From: Geosiphon pyriformis uo1
Taxonomy: Eukaryota; Fungi; Glomeromycota
Direction of reading: 5' to 3'
Assembly (NCBI GenBank): GCA_016748015.1
Contig: JAAOMT010000057.1
Location: forward strand, 80,763-144,762
Length of the DNA stretch: 64,000 bases
Numbering within the stretch: the stretch's first letter is position 1; each line of letters opens with the position of its first letter. Below the pieces are notes generated by a model. That model was not told the DNA's origin and made no database searches. It was given only the letters and a program-made list of their open reading frames with translations. Below, piece after piece: positions 27,145-41,987 of this stretch. The translations under genes were made by a program, and so were the position numbers.

Positions 27145-29550
27145 TATTATTCATAGAAATTAAGAATTATAATAAGTAGATAAAATAATTAATCAAAAAT
27201 AAGCATAATAAAAAGAGAAATTTTAGAATTCTTCTTAAAAAATTGCAGAATTGTAGAATTTCAAAATTTTTTGCAAAGAAATTGAAAAATTTTAAAAAAT
27301 CTTATATAACATAAATTATATATATATAATAAGAGTATTAGAAGCAAAAAAAACAATTCAGTTTAGAACAACAATATTTCTTTTTTCAAAAGATAGTTTT
27401 CTATAATTTGAAGTAAAAAACATAATCATATTAATAAACATATTTATTACTATTCCATTTATGTTAACATTAATATTTAAGAAATATTAATTACTTTTGT
27501 ATTATTAATAATTCATGTTAATAAAATTCAATATTTAATTATATGGACTAATAGTTCTTAATTATAACTATTAATAAAATATTAATTTTTTATTTTATTT
27601 TTTATTTTTATTTTATTTTATTTTATTTTATTTTATTTTTTTTGTTATTTACTAATTAATTAAAAGATTAAGCACTAAGTAATTAACATCAAAAATAGCT
27701 TGGTAAAAGACCCAGAAACAAAAGTAGAAATTTAAGGATAAGTTATCAGAAAAGCACAACTGTTAGAATAAACTGGTTATTATGCTAAAAAAAAAATTTA
27801 TAGAATAAAACCATCAATTAAATCTTTGTTTATTATACAAAAAACTTAACCAAAATCTTCAAAAATTACCAATATTCTCAGTTATTGAATGCCAAGTTAT
27901 AAGTTTGTTATTTGTTTCAACATCTCAAATAATCACCTGTAATATGTAGTGCTTTTTGTAAAGTATAATTTAACAGAGAACTAACACCAACATTAATTAT
28001 TCAGAAAAATGGCAAAATCAGAAGTAATAGAAACAAACCACTTAAGATTTACCAAATTTTTATTTCAATATTACCAAACTTACTTTAGACTAACAAATAA
28101 CTATTGGTTAGCAAAATCAGTTTTCAAATTCTACATTAATAAAAAAATTTTATTTTATTTGAAAGACCAAAAAGATTTAGAAGTCACTATTAAAAATTTC
28201 TATAGTAAATTACTCCAAAACATTATACTTTCACAAAATCATTTGTTTGTCTCACTAATTACAAAAACAAATTAAGAAATTGAGAACTATATCCAGCAGA
28301 GATTTTTTATTACCTTTACAGACAAAGATAAAAAAAGTTACAAACTTCAATAAAAATACCAAGAAAAATACAACTACCTACTTAGAAAAAACCAAAAGTT
28401 GTTTTATTTATTCATCTATTATATCATCATATACCAGAAAGTATTATCCATATACCATTTAAATTTACATCAACATTAATAGTAAAAACACCATTATTCA
28501 AAGTACTATTCCAAAATAATCAAGAAAAAACCAAACTATTAGGAATTTATGGCAATTTTTTTAAAGAATTTAAATCACAACCAATAATATTATTAAGACT
28601 TTAATTACTATTATTTCAACCAAATTTCGAATTTATCAGTCATTAAAAAGACACTGATTTAGAAAAAAACAGTGATTAGGAAAATAATAATCAAAATCTG
28701 ATTTTAAATAACTTGAAAGTTTAAACTCCAATTGTTCAAATCCAACCAAACCAAATAATTCAAATCCAGTTCTTATTCTTTTAAAAAACTTACTTCTACT
28801 TATTTCAATTAATCTACTGCTTAGCAACAATCATAGTAATAATTATTATTCACATAAATAACATATATATTAATTACCAAATTAGAAAAATTCATTAGTA
28901 AAAAGAATAATATTTAAGTATAACTAAACAATATGGCAAAAGCCATTACAGCCAATAGATAAAACAATACTAAAGCACTTTAAGCCATTCTATACTTTCT
29001 TCAGAATACTATTAACTTGTGATATTAGAATCTTATAAACAAATTCCAAGATTTTAACACATTTAAAACCATATTTTTACAGTATTTTAGTAATAATAAC
29101 AACATTAATTGTCTATTAATTAGTTTTATTACTATTAAACAAGGCAATATCAAAGCAATTACTACTTATTTGAAACACTTCCATAAAAATCTATGCCAAA
29201 TACAAGCAATTAATATTAACTATTTTACAGTATTACAGATTCTAAATTAATTTATTTGTAGATTATATAGCAATCTGTTATAACAAATATGCCTAATACA
29301 TTTAAATACTTTTCAGAACACAGTTACTCATGTTAAAAATTTTGAATTGGTAGAACTTAAAGCCAATCACATCCAAACTGTCAATCTAGTAATAAATAAA
29401 TTATCTGAATTAAATTCTAAGCTAAAACAATTTAATGATTTTATCAACCAGAAATTAAAAAGATGCTTAGTTAATAATCAAACAATTTATCAATTTTCTT
29501 AATATTACAATAACCAAGAAAATTTTCATCACTTTTAACAACAATTGCAT

Positions 29551-29602
<52 letters not shown>

Positions 29603-32539
29603 CAAATCAACTATAGCAATAAAAAACATGTAATTACTACTACTGTGGTAAACTGGGTCATCTAAAAACAAATTACCACTTCAGATTTAATAATTCACAA
29701 TTGGGAAACCAATATAAAAACTCCAATTACAGATTTCACACCAAAACTACACCAATAATTTATTATTGGAACAATACCAACCATATTACATATCAATAAT
29801 ACAATAACCAATATATTTACTTTCTATTTATTAGATTCTAATATCAGTAATATATTAATTACAGCCACAAATAATTTATTAATCTTAACAAATTCAAGCA
29901 CTGTCTTACAATACTGTGACAATATTAAATAGAATCCAAAGACCAAGAATCACTTACACTCAACAAAATTGAAAATTAGTAATAATTATGCACTAATTAA
30001 TTCCCAGTTTATTAAACCAGCCATTAAAATTATATTTAAGAAATTCAGAAAATGAGTACACTTAAAATCTGAATTTTCAAAACTATTTAAGTCTACTAGT
30101 AATCTCAAAAATCACAATATCCAAATTACTGAAAACCAATCCAATACTACTTACCAACAATATTCTATTAGCAACTATCATAGAAAATAAATTACTAGTT
30201 ACTATCTTTCCATTTGAATTAAAAGACCAATCAGAAACTCTGTTATTTAGTGAAATCATTCTTAATATTAAACCTATTACTGTTATGTATACTAATGTCA
30301 AAATTAATGGTCAATCTATCAAATTAATCCTTAATAGTAGGTTAGCAAGCAGCATTATTACATGACAATTTATGAACCAATTAGATTGTTAAGTTAATTG
30401 TGCTGTTAGTATCAGAATTATTACAGCCAATAGAGCAACTAAGATTGTAATTGGTAAAATTAATGACTTTTTTTTTAAAGTTAATGGCATCATTACATCT
30501 ATTAAAGTTCTTGTTATAAAAGTTATATAATACCAAGTTCTTATTGGTAATAACTAATTGTTTAAAACTAATATTATGCTTAATTGAAATACCCAGAAGT
30601 TACAGCTTAATCAAGATAGTTAGCATACTTGGATACCAGCTACTTGCAGTTACTTCAAAACAACCTAATTACAACTATTGATCAAATTTAAAAAATAAAT
30701 AAATATACTTGAAAAGTCTATTAAGTTTTGTGGATTGATAATGACCACAATAAGTTATCACCAATACTCAGTTGAAACAAAAAAAAACAAACAAACTACA
30801 AACCACTACTATTACAAAAGAATCAGTTAACAATTGGCATATATCTTACTTATTAGAAGCAAGAAAAAAACTGCCTTATATTCTACTTAGATATATTAAC
30901 TATAAGAAAAAGCCTTTATTTATAAGAGCTTGAATCTTGCCAAAAGAGAATTACTGAATACATATCTGCTACTATTGTAAATTATATTACAAAAAATGTT
31001 TTGGGTATCTAAAGAGACAAAGAAAGTAGAACAACAAACTGTATCTTACTTGTAAAAAATGCTATTTAACAAAAAAATATGGAATAATATTTCTGGTTAA
31101 AGAAAAATATATGATGCTTCATGCAAATATATAATTTTTATTAGTAATTGAATAAGCAAAAAAACACTTTTCAATGCTGTATAAAACCAAATACTCTCAT
31201 ATTTAAATAGTTATTTTTATAATAAAAACAAAATCTGGTAAATATCAAGTATTAAAGTTAAAAATGCTTCATTTAGCAAAATATTGGTAATTAAAAATAA
31301 CCCATTAAAATCTGTCAAAATTGTTCTTATTCTCAACCCAAACACATTTATTAATGTCTTAAGTAATTTAAAACAATTCTACAAACACTATTAAGATTTA
31401 ACACTTATTCAAAAAAAACAAAAACAGTGTTTAGAACAATTAAACACTAAACTCTGTAAATATTGTCTAATTTTCAATAACTTCAAATATTGTAACAATT
31501 GTGATTTTATTTACAATTTACTATCATGTATAATTTATTTAATTTTCAAAAAAAAAAAACCAATTAGTAGCTGCATTCCAGAATTGGAATCAAAATTTAA
31601 TCCCAATTTAAACTCTATTTACAATGGTAATAACAATAATAACAATTTAAACTTTAATAAAAACTTCAAACAATATATTATATTTTTAAATCTTTCTAAA
31701 AAGTTAAGAGATTTAGAAGATTTTAATAAAGCTAGATATTAAAAAGAGAAATAATGTTACTCATAAAAATTAGGAATTATAATAAGAAAATAAAATAGCC
31801 AATTAGAAATAAACATAGTAAAAAAAAAAATTCCAAGATTTCAGAATTTCTTGCAAAAAAATTAAAAGATTTTAAGGAATTTTATATAATATAAATTATA
31901 TATATAACAAAAGTATTAAAAGCAAAAAAAACAATTCAGTTTAAAACAACAATATCTCTTTCTTTAAAAGATAGTTTTCTATAACTTGAAGTAAAAAACA
32001 TAATCATATTAATAAACATACTTATTACCATCTCATTTATGTTAACATTAGTAATTAAAAAATATTAATCACTTTCACACTATCAATAATTTATGTTAAT
32101 TAAATCCAATACTTAACTATATTAGACCAATAGCTCTTGATTATGGCTATTAATGAAATACAAATTTTTTATTTTTATTTTTATTTTTTTTTATTTTTAT
32201 TTTTTTTATTTTTATTTTTTTTGTTATTTACTAATTAATTAAAAAATTAAGTATTAAGTAATTAACATTAAAAATAGCTTAATAAAAAACCCAGAAACAA
32301 AGATAGAAATTTAAAGATAGCTTACCAAAAAGGCATAACTGCCAAAATAAACTGGTTATCATGTTAAAAAAAAAATTCACAGAATAAAACCATTAATTAA
32401 ATCTTTGTTTATTATACAAAAGACTTAACCAAAACCTTTAGACTTTAAAATCTTTAAAAATTACCAACATTTTTAGCTATTGAGCACTAAATTACAGATT
32501 TGTTATTTGTTTCAACACCCCAAATAATTATTTATAACA
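27145..32539 (+). mobile_element. Family B gypsy element with two LTRs (27145-27944, 31755-32539) and an internal deletion of dUTPase-RT-RH-IN
   Basis: Direct ~790-bp LTRs, TSD ATGT (27141-27144 and 32540-32543), PBS-like TGTAGTGCT, gag, protease KLILNSRLASSII ~30320, Cys-rich relic, then a purine-rich tract just before the 3' LTR. Confidence 0.87.
29552..29601 (+). repeat. (ATT)n microsatellite inside family B gag
   Basis: About 16 tandem ATT units. Confidence 0.9.
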
Positions 32540-32646
32540 ATGTTAATAAATAGAATACCACAAAAATGCTTAAAACTATTTCTTGTTTTTTTTAAAAAAC
32601 TATAGATTAATAATTTAAGAACTTGGATACACTTTTTAAAAACTGG

Positions 32647-35600
32647 TATTACCAGTAGAATTCTAGACATTAAATTAGCATGAAATTATTTTTATAATTC
32701 CTATTATTAATTAGGATATATTAATATTGTTTCAATTATTATTTATTACTTAATTAAATTATTGAATATTACTATTTAATTAATAACCCAATTTGTACAA
32801 TAGAAATTAGAATGATTAAAATAATAATATTCCGAACTATTTAATATTCAAGAATTTGCAGAAATTTGCAAAAATTTGTAAAATAATAGATAGTTTACCA
32901 AAATAGTTAATAGTTCATTAAAATAACTTGTAGATTAATAAAATATATCTTTAGTTTGTTAAAATTAGAGCAAAAAAAAAAGTTCAAGTTTATAGACTAG
33001 TATTACAATAAGTTGTATAAAAAAAAGGCTTTTTTTTCGAAAAAAATGTATTTTATCATAGATATCTTCCCTAAAATTTATTTTTATTAATATAATTCAA
33101 AATAAAAATATACTTTAAAAACCAATTCTTGAAATAATTACACTTAACATTCTCCAAAACTCAAACTAACGTTTTTAAAATTGATTAGTTATCTAGTTCA
33201 GTAAATTATTAGTGACTTTAGACTTGGATCAGAAACAATTTTCTTAACAAAATTCTATTTTTTTATTTTTTTTATTATAATTATTAGGATAGTCTACAGA
33301 TAAGATTTTTGTAGAAAAGTTGACTTTTACAGCAAAGTAACTACACATTTTAGTAAGCTTTCAGATAAGCAATTTTTAAGAAAAAGTTAATGTTTACTAT
33401 AATATAACTATATAAAATAACTGGTATAAAATTAGTCATTTTACTTATAAGCCCAACAGTTCAAATTATAAAAAATAATTGATAATAAATTCAGTTATCA
33501 GAGGTTTATTAGCTTTCAATAATCGTAAATTAACAGCAAATAGACATTAATAATATTCAAAAAAAGAAACCAAAAACTTTTAATAATATTTGGTGCTCTC
33601 TATAAAAATAACACAGCAAAAACAACTTTAAAGTGGCAATCATATCTGACACAATAACTCTAGAGTATTATTAATTAATTTATATTTACTGCAAGCAAAG
33701 ATTCAACATTCAAGACAGAATTAAAATTTTTAAGAAATTACTATATTAATATATCAAAAACTATATTAATAATTATTTTTTTGGAAACTATAATATTTTA
33801 GAAGTTAAAAACAATCTTTACAAAAATTTATTATATTATTTTTACTTAAAAATAGAAGACTTTAACAGTAAAATACTTAACACCTACTTTCAAGAACTCA
33901 ACTTTAACATTATTTAATATTGTAAAAAAAAATACTCAATATAGTCTAAATATTCTCTTAATTTTGAATTAAAACCAAAAAATAGCAATAAAAGAAAGCA
34001 GAAAAAAAAACATCTTAAGTTAGTTATACAATTTACAATATACTAAGAATAACTGTCAAATATCTGTAAACACCTAAACAAGGAATCAGTGTTAAATTAC
34101 CATTTTTATTACATTATTTCTACTTTTACTTGTTCAATTGCAAACACCAAATTCATTTTTTATTTAGTTCTCAAGACCAAAGAATTTTATTTTACCAAAA
34201 AGTCTTATTTTATAACTAGAACCAATATCTATTAATGCCAATCTTTTTAACTACTTAGCCAAAAACCAAAATAATTATTCTGAATACTTAAGTAATAAAA
34301 AAAACATTTCTGAATTCATTAAAGAAAAAAACACTAAAAACAAAAATACAGATGAAATAACAACCACTTATATCACAAAAATTACAAAATTCACAGAAAA
34401 AAATGCTGATACCAGCTCACAAAAATGGCTTAATAAAGTCCAGAAAACAGAAAATGCAAATAAATAGAATATAGCAAGAATATTAAAAGCAATTTCATAC
34501 TTCTTTTAAAGAACAACAGATAAATAGTTTAAAAATTTGGCCAAACTTTTTAAAAACTAACAAGCATTCAAAAATGCTTTTCTGAAACAATTTACTAACA
34601 ACAATATTTCTATTATCTTCTGAAACTGATTTCAAAACATTAAATAAAAACTTTTTAAATTCATTATAACTTATTTTAAAAAATTCAACAAACTTCTTTA
34701 ATGAATTTGACAATTAGAAACCAACAAGTATTATTTTAATGCTCAAATTTTGGACCAATTTATTGCTGGATTAAAAAATAAATTGATCAAAAAAGCTTGT
34801 TCTTATGCTTTAATAAACTTAACTACAGCTATTTAATATACAAAAAACTATGAAATGGCTATAAAAGAAGTTAACTGTATTAAAATTGTAAATCTTGCAA
34901 TTGAAAAAACCAGCTTAGCAGCTGAAAAAAAGATTGATCAATTGTCAAAAAAGATTGAAAACTATTTTACTAACCAATAACAACAGTAATAACAGAAATA
35001 TTAACTATTACAATAACAAAATCCAAGCAACTTTTTATAATTTAACAATCAACTGTAGAACTGCCATTATTATGAAATTCTAGGATACTGGAAATAAGAT
35101 TGTAAAAAGATATAAAAAAATCAGCAAAACAAAAATAATCAATATTATTTCCAACTATAACTATTCTATTACTAATTTCTACTACTATTTTATGATTTAT
35201 TAAAACTTCAACATCAAAACAATTACTATCAATCTGCCTTACAAACCAATTAACAATAGTATCAACAACTATCATTTCAGCAATACCAAGTACCTACTTG
35301 AAGATTGGTTTAGCAAAACCAATTCACATCTTAGAACCAATTTACAACAAACAACAATAGATTTAATCTTAATAACTAATTAGTTTTTTGAAATTCAATC
35401 AACAAAGACCTACACATTACCACACTCAATTTAGCTATTTTACAATATCAGAAAAATCAGATTTTCAGCAAACTGCATGTTTTAAAGATAAAAATACAGT
35501 CTTAAGACAAAAATTTTTCAATAATACAATTCCATTAACCAGAATAATTCAAAATACCAATCTTTCTAATATATTCTTATTTGAATTCAAAGCAAATGAA

Positions 35601-38600
35601 TTATTATTTTTGTTTAACAATACAGCTATTACAGAACAAAAAGCAATTACAGCTATATATACTAAAGCCAAAGTTAAAAAAAAACCAATTTGATTAATCT
35701 TAGACAGTGAATTTGCCAAAAGTATCATTATTTATCAGTTAATACAACAACTACAACAAAACATCAACTGACTTGTCCAAACAGTTACTGTTATTGTGAT
35801 GACATAAAAAAAACTTCAGTAGAAAAAATTAACAACTTTTTATTTACTATTAATAAAATTATTATTCTAATTAAAGTTTTTGTCATGTATACACTTTGGT
35901 ACTAGGTTTTTGTCAGAAATAATTAGCTCTTCAAAGCCAATGCAAATTTAAACTGAAAAATCCAGGAACTCAAAATTTTATACCAAGAACAATACACCAG
36001 AGTATTTGTTACTTGTAGTATTTTCAACAAATTATCAAAAAAAGCCTCTGTATTCGAATTTAAAGAGAAAAAAAAAATGTCAATTACCAAAATCTACATG
36101 GCTTTTGGATTAATATTTAATTAAGCCAAAAAATAGAATGTTGTTTACTATTTTAAACCAGAATTATAGAAACAATTACTGTATATTCTATTTAGATACA
36201 AAAACTACAACAAAAAGCTTTTATTAATAGAAGCTTACATATTTTCAGAAGAGAAATATGAGATATGTACTTGCTATTATTATAAAGTCTGCCATCAGAA
36301 ACAATTTAAATATTTCAAATAAGATGAAAAATAGAACAACACACTCTGTTTCATATGTAGAAAATTATTACCAGAAAAATACAACTGAATTGATGTTGCA
36401 ATAAGAGAAAAAATCTGTAATTAGACTTGTTAATATGTCTTATTAATTACAGAAAAAGTCTACAAAAGAACTTTTTTTGATGCAGTATACAACAGTATTC
36501 TAAACAAACTCTATTATTATCTGCATAATACAGAAATAATCTATAAACTGGCCATAATTCTAATTAACAGAAAAACCCAAGAAGATATTTGTCAAATAAA
36601 AGAAGCTAAATATATTGAATATACTTTTAAAATTTCTAGATACAACTATAAAGATAAAGTAAAAGTATATTACCAAATTGCAAGTTACACTTATCTGACC
36701 AAAAAAGCTTAAATTTAACAATTAGAACAAATAAACATTCAACTATATGAAGAATATGTTATGTCTTATGACAATTAATAATGTCCAAAATGCTATGCTC
36801 TTAATATTTTACTGTTTAGCAAAAATGATCAGAAAAAAATCGAATTTGGAAAACCCAAACCAAAAAAACTGCCAATCACACCAATTTATTTGTTTAAAAA
36901 TCAACCAGTCTTACAACTTAAATATTTCAACAATAATGATCAAAAAATCAAGTCTAAAAAAGCAATACAAGATATAATCTATGATATTTTAACAAAGACA
37001 CTTTAGTCCTTCAACCCAAGTCTCTAACAAAAATCAATCTAAAAATTGCTCTTAAAATTCTACCAAAAGTGATAATTTAAATTGCTTTCTGATTATTATT
37101 GACAAGCAAAGAAATCAATATTAGAAGAGGAGTTATAAATATAAGATATACAAAAAATATTACAATCCTGTTACAAAATAAAACCAAAAAATCAATCAAA
37201 ATCAAACATATTAAAAAAATTGGTTAAGCAATTTATCTATTTTTAATTAACATTACAGATCTATAATTAGTTAATTAAAAAGAACAATTAGGCAAAAGCA
37301 ATAAAAAAACTTAAAATTTTGGTTTAACAGAACAATTTATAGTTTCAATAAATATAGCTCTTAATACACAAAATAAATCTCACCAAATTCTTCAACTTCT
37401 TTAACCAATTATCATATTACTTTTTAGAAAATATCACAAAATTTATACTTGTTCAAAACCAATCACCACCCAACAAATTTTCAAATTAAATAAACAAATT
37501 TGTCTAAAACATAAAATTTTAATTCTAAATATTTATATTCCAAAAAAATGAAAAAATTTCAAGTTACTTTTTACAATTTCAACAGCCACTTCAGCATTTT
37601 ATTAAATAGATTAGAAATTGAAATCATATATAGCAATATTTTTCAAAACAAAACTCCTTAAATTGTTTCTAATTTTATTAAAATTGTAAAATATACTTTT
37701 TTCTAAATCTAAATATTCTGTTTACTACTAAAAACTACCACTTTATTAAAGAAAAACTTTTTCAAATCAACATAAATTTCTTGAAATCCTAACAACAGAG
37801 ATAATTAAAACAATTAATTACTGAATATATTGACATATTCATCAAAAATAACAATAATTTTGGAAAACCCAATATTATATAACATTAAATTTACACAAAA
37901 AATGCTCCACCAAAACAGTGCTGTTAAAAATTTCCAAATATTCTGAAATATTACAAAATTAAAAAAATTTATTAGATTAGTTTTTTATTATTAAAAATTT
38001 ATTAAAGAATTCTTTGAAATTGCAAAACTTCTTAACTACTTAACTAACAAAAATATGTTATATTAATGAACCAATAAACAGCAAAAAGTGTTTGAAACTT
38101 TTAAAACAAAATTAACAAAAGCTTCAGTTTTTGCTTATCCAAATTTTAGCAAACAGTTCTACCTAATCACTAATGTTTTATATACAATATTTGGTACTAT
38201 TTTATTATAATTAGATAATAATAACAATAAATAAGTAATTACATATGCCAGTAAAACACTTAAGCCAACAAAACTCAAATATGGCTTAATTAAATTAAAG
38301 CAACAACTATTATTTGGGCTCCCAAATACTTTTAGCAATATCTTAGAAATAAATCTCAATTTGATATTATTATTGATAATATTGGCTTCAAATAGCTTAA
38401 CAAAAAAAACTCTGAACTTAATGCAAAGCAATCCTGATAAACTGATTTTCTAGCTAATTACAAATATATTATACATCACAAATCAAAAAAATTACACACA
38501 AATATTAATAGTCTTTTCAGAATAAAATAAGATTAAAATCAATACTTACTACTTAACAACTCAATAACAACAATCAATTAACAAACAATGAATCTCAAAA

Positions 38601-41600
38601 ATTACAACATTAAAAATTATTTAAAAATTCTTATCATGCCAAAAAACTGGTTTCCAATCAAAAAGCAGTAATTACAATATTAATCAAAACAATATTTCTT
38701 ATATTACAACAAAATTTATTATTGAAATTACAAAAACCTAACAAATCTACTTAGATTAATCCAACAAAATAAAAAAAAATCATTTTATATAACATGTACA
38801 CAGATTTTTTATCAACACACTTAAGAAAAAATGGTACAATCTAAAAAACACTTAAATATTATTTTTGGCTATACATGTATCAAAACATTTAATAATATAT
38901 AAAATTATGTAATAGTTGTTAAAAAAAAAAACTCACATTACTGAATCTTTAAATCCAATCAAACTTGAACAATCTTTTAACAGAATAAAAATCAATTTAT
39001 TTGGATTATTACTTATTACAACTCAAAAAAACTATTATATTACAGTTGTAGTAGATTATCTTATTAAATAGCCTAAAACCAAAGTTATCTAAAGAACAAA
39101 CACAAAATTAGTAGCAAATTTTATTTACAAAAACATAATTTGTAGACATAGATGTACAATTAAACTTTTATTTAATCAAAAAACACATTTTATAAACAAC
39201 TTAATACAAAAAATTTGCAAACAATTTAATATTAAAAGATTTTTATTATTATTTTATTATTTTTAAACAAATAAATTGATAAAACATTTTAATTAAACAT
39301 TGTGTAAATTATTAACCAAAGTCTTAATTAATTTTGAACAGAAATAAGATATTTTTATTCTATCAGTATTACTAATATATAAAATACTAAAACAAAATAC
39401 TATGAAACATACACCCTTTGATTTGACCTATAAAAAAACAGCAATATTATCAATTAATTTTACTGTAGAAACATATTCAGTACAATCAATTAACCAAAAT
39501 TTTTTTTAAGAGACACTTTAATAAAAAGTTTATACTTTTCTAAGCATCTTAAAAGGAAAAAAACAAATTGTAGCCACTTATATTAAATATTCTTAAGCTT
39601 AACAAAAAAAATAGCATAACAACAAATTGCCACCAGTTACCAATAAATTTAAAATTGGAAACAAAGTTTTCTTACACAAAATTAAGGCTGAAAAACAATA
39701 GAGTGAAAAATTTAAACATAAATAAGACAGACTATTTTATATTTATAAAATTTTAAGCAATAAATCATATAAATTAAGACTTAATAACAAAGTTCTAGCA
39801 AAAGTTACACATAAAAATTGATTGAAGCACTATTATTTCAGAAATAATTCTAAATTATTAATTTTACAAATTGTTATACATTTCCCTTTAATTAATCTTA
39901 AAGATATTCCCCAAAATTTAGAATCAATAGTTATGATAAAACAATAATTAAACCTGAATATTTAATTTAACATTATCATAATATTTTTTTTAATAATACA
40001 CAAACATAAAAACAAAAATAGTAAATAATTACAAAAAAAACCACAACTAAAATATATAAAAACACTATATCCAAAAATATTTCTTTATTTTCAAAAAAAA
40101 TTTTCAAATTTTATTCTCAATTTACTTATTTTTATTATAATTATTCTTTAAAACATTTAATAAATATCTTAAAAATTAATGTTAGCATTAAAAACACTTC
40201 TTAATTATCTATAATAATCAATAAAAATCAAATTAATTACACTTAAAAAAAAACTACAATGTCAATAATAAATAATTCTCAAAATTATTACTTATAAAAA
40301 AAACACAAAAAATTTCTCTGAAATCCAATTATCAAAACTTTTAAAACAGACTTTAAAAAAAACTTTTTATTTGCCTCTATTAACATTTTACCAAATGTTA
40401 CAACCTAAACAAAAGTTTTAATTGTTTCTTAATAAACAAAGCCAGGAATATATTCTTATTTTTAGATATTTTCATATTGAAAAAACACTTTATAAACAAA
40501 AACTAGAATTTAAAACAACAAATCTCACTCTTAAAAATATATAAAAACAAATTTACAATGAATTCAAGATGGTAACTGGGCCAATAAACACTTATTACAA
40601 ACTTAGAGCAGTTTTTAGATTCTATAATCTATTTAATACTTGTAAAAATATTCTACAGAATCCAATACTCTAATTAATAAAAATTCAATATATTGACAAA
40701 TTTATAAAACTGAAATTTTAATAATTTTCAGACCAAATTATTTCAATTATTTTAGATCACTATCTTAATATTACAAATAATGATTAGACTTTAACAGAGT
40801 TTAGTTTTAAAAAAAATTATATTACTAGTAAAATCTTAAACATTAAATTAGCATGAAATGATTAATTAGCATATATTAATATTATTTTAATTATCACTTA
40901 TTATTTAATCAAATTATTAAATATTACTATTTAATTAATAATCTGATTTGTACAATAAAAATTAAAATAATCAAAATAACAATACTCCAAACTATGTAAT
41001 ATTCAAGAATTTGTCAAAATTTGCAAAAATTTGTAATAACTTATAGTTTAATAAAATGTATTTTTAATTTATTAAAATTAGAGCAAAAAAAAAGTTCAAG
41101 TTTATAAGTTAGTATTACAATAAATTGTATAAAAAAAAAGCTTCTTTCTTTAAAAAAAATGTATTTTATTATAAATATCTTTTCTAAAATTTATTTTTAT
41201 TAGTACAATTCAAAATAAAAATATACTTTAAAAACTAATTTTTGAAATAATTATACTTAATATTTCCTAAAACCCAAACTAACTTTTTTGAAATTGATTA
41301 ACTACCAATTTTAGTAAATTGTTAGTAATTTCAGGTTTGGATCAGAAACAATTTTCTTAACAAAATTCTATTTTTTTTATTATAATTATTAAGGTAGCTT
41401 ACAGACAAAATTCTTGTATAAAAGTTGACTTTTATAACAAAATAACTACAATTTTAATAAACTTCTAAACAAGCAATTTTTAAAAAAGAATTAATGTTTA
41501 CTACAACATAACTATACAAAATAACTGGCACAAAATTGACTATTTTATTTATAAGTCCAGTAGTTCAAATTATAAGAGATAATTTAAAGATAAATTCAGT

Positions 41601-41694
41601 TATTAAAGATTTATTAGCTTTTAATAATTACAAATTAACAGCAAATAAACATTAATAACATTAAAAAAAAAAAGACCAAAAACCTCTGATAATA
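32647..41694 (+). mobile_element. Family A copy A3, two LTRs (32647-33588, 40820-41694), hypermutated, RT core deleted
   Basis: Collinear with A1: gag 33590-35300, PR ~35690, dUTPase ~36900-37330, RH ~38150-38520, IN ~38600-39850 (HHCC, core and GPY/F relics). TSD CTGG (32643-32646) / CTAA (41695-41698). Confidence 0.9.
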
Positions 41695-41987
41695 CTAACA
41701 AGCATTCAAAAATATATTTTAGAACAGTTTACTAACAATTATATTTTTATTACTCTCTGAAACCAATTTTAAATTATTAATCAAGAACTTTCTAAATCTA
41801 TTATAACCTATTTTGAAAAATTCAACAAACTTTTTAGATGTATTTGCCAATTAAAAACCAATAACTATTACTCTAATGCTCAAATTTTAGATTAATTTAT
41901 TGTTAAACTAAAGAATAAACTTATCAAAAAAGTTTATTTATATGTTTTAAAAAATTTAATTACAGCTATTTAATATGCTAAGACTTA

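Noticed and set aside
10490-38431. Many 60-100 aa I/K/N/F-rich ORFs as genes
   Set aside because: Chance or remnant frames within mutated TEs.
39700-39950. Chromodomain at the integrase C-terminus
   Set aside because: After the GPY/F relic only a short tail is visible, with no chromodomain motif; heavy mutation limits certainty.
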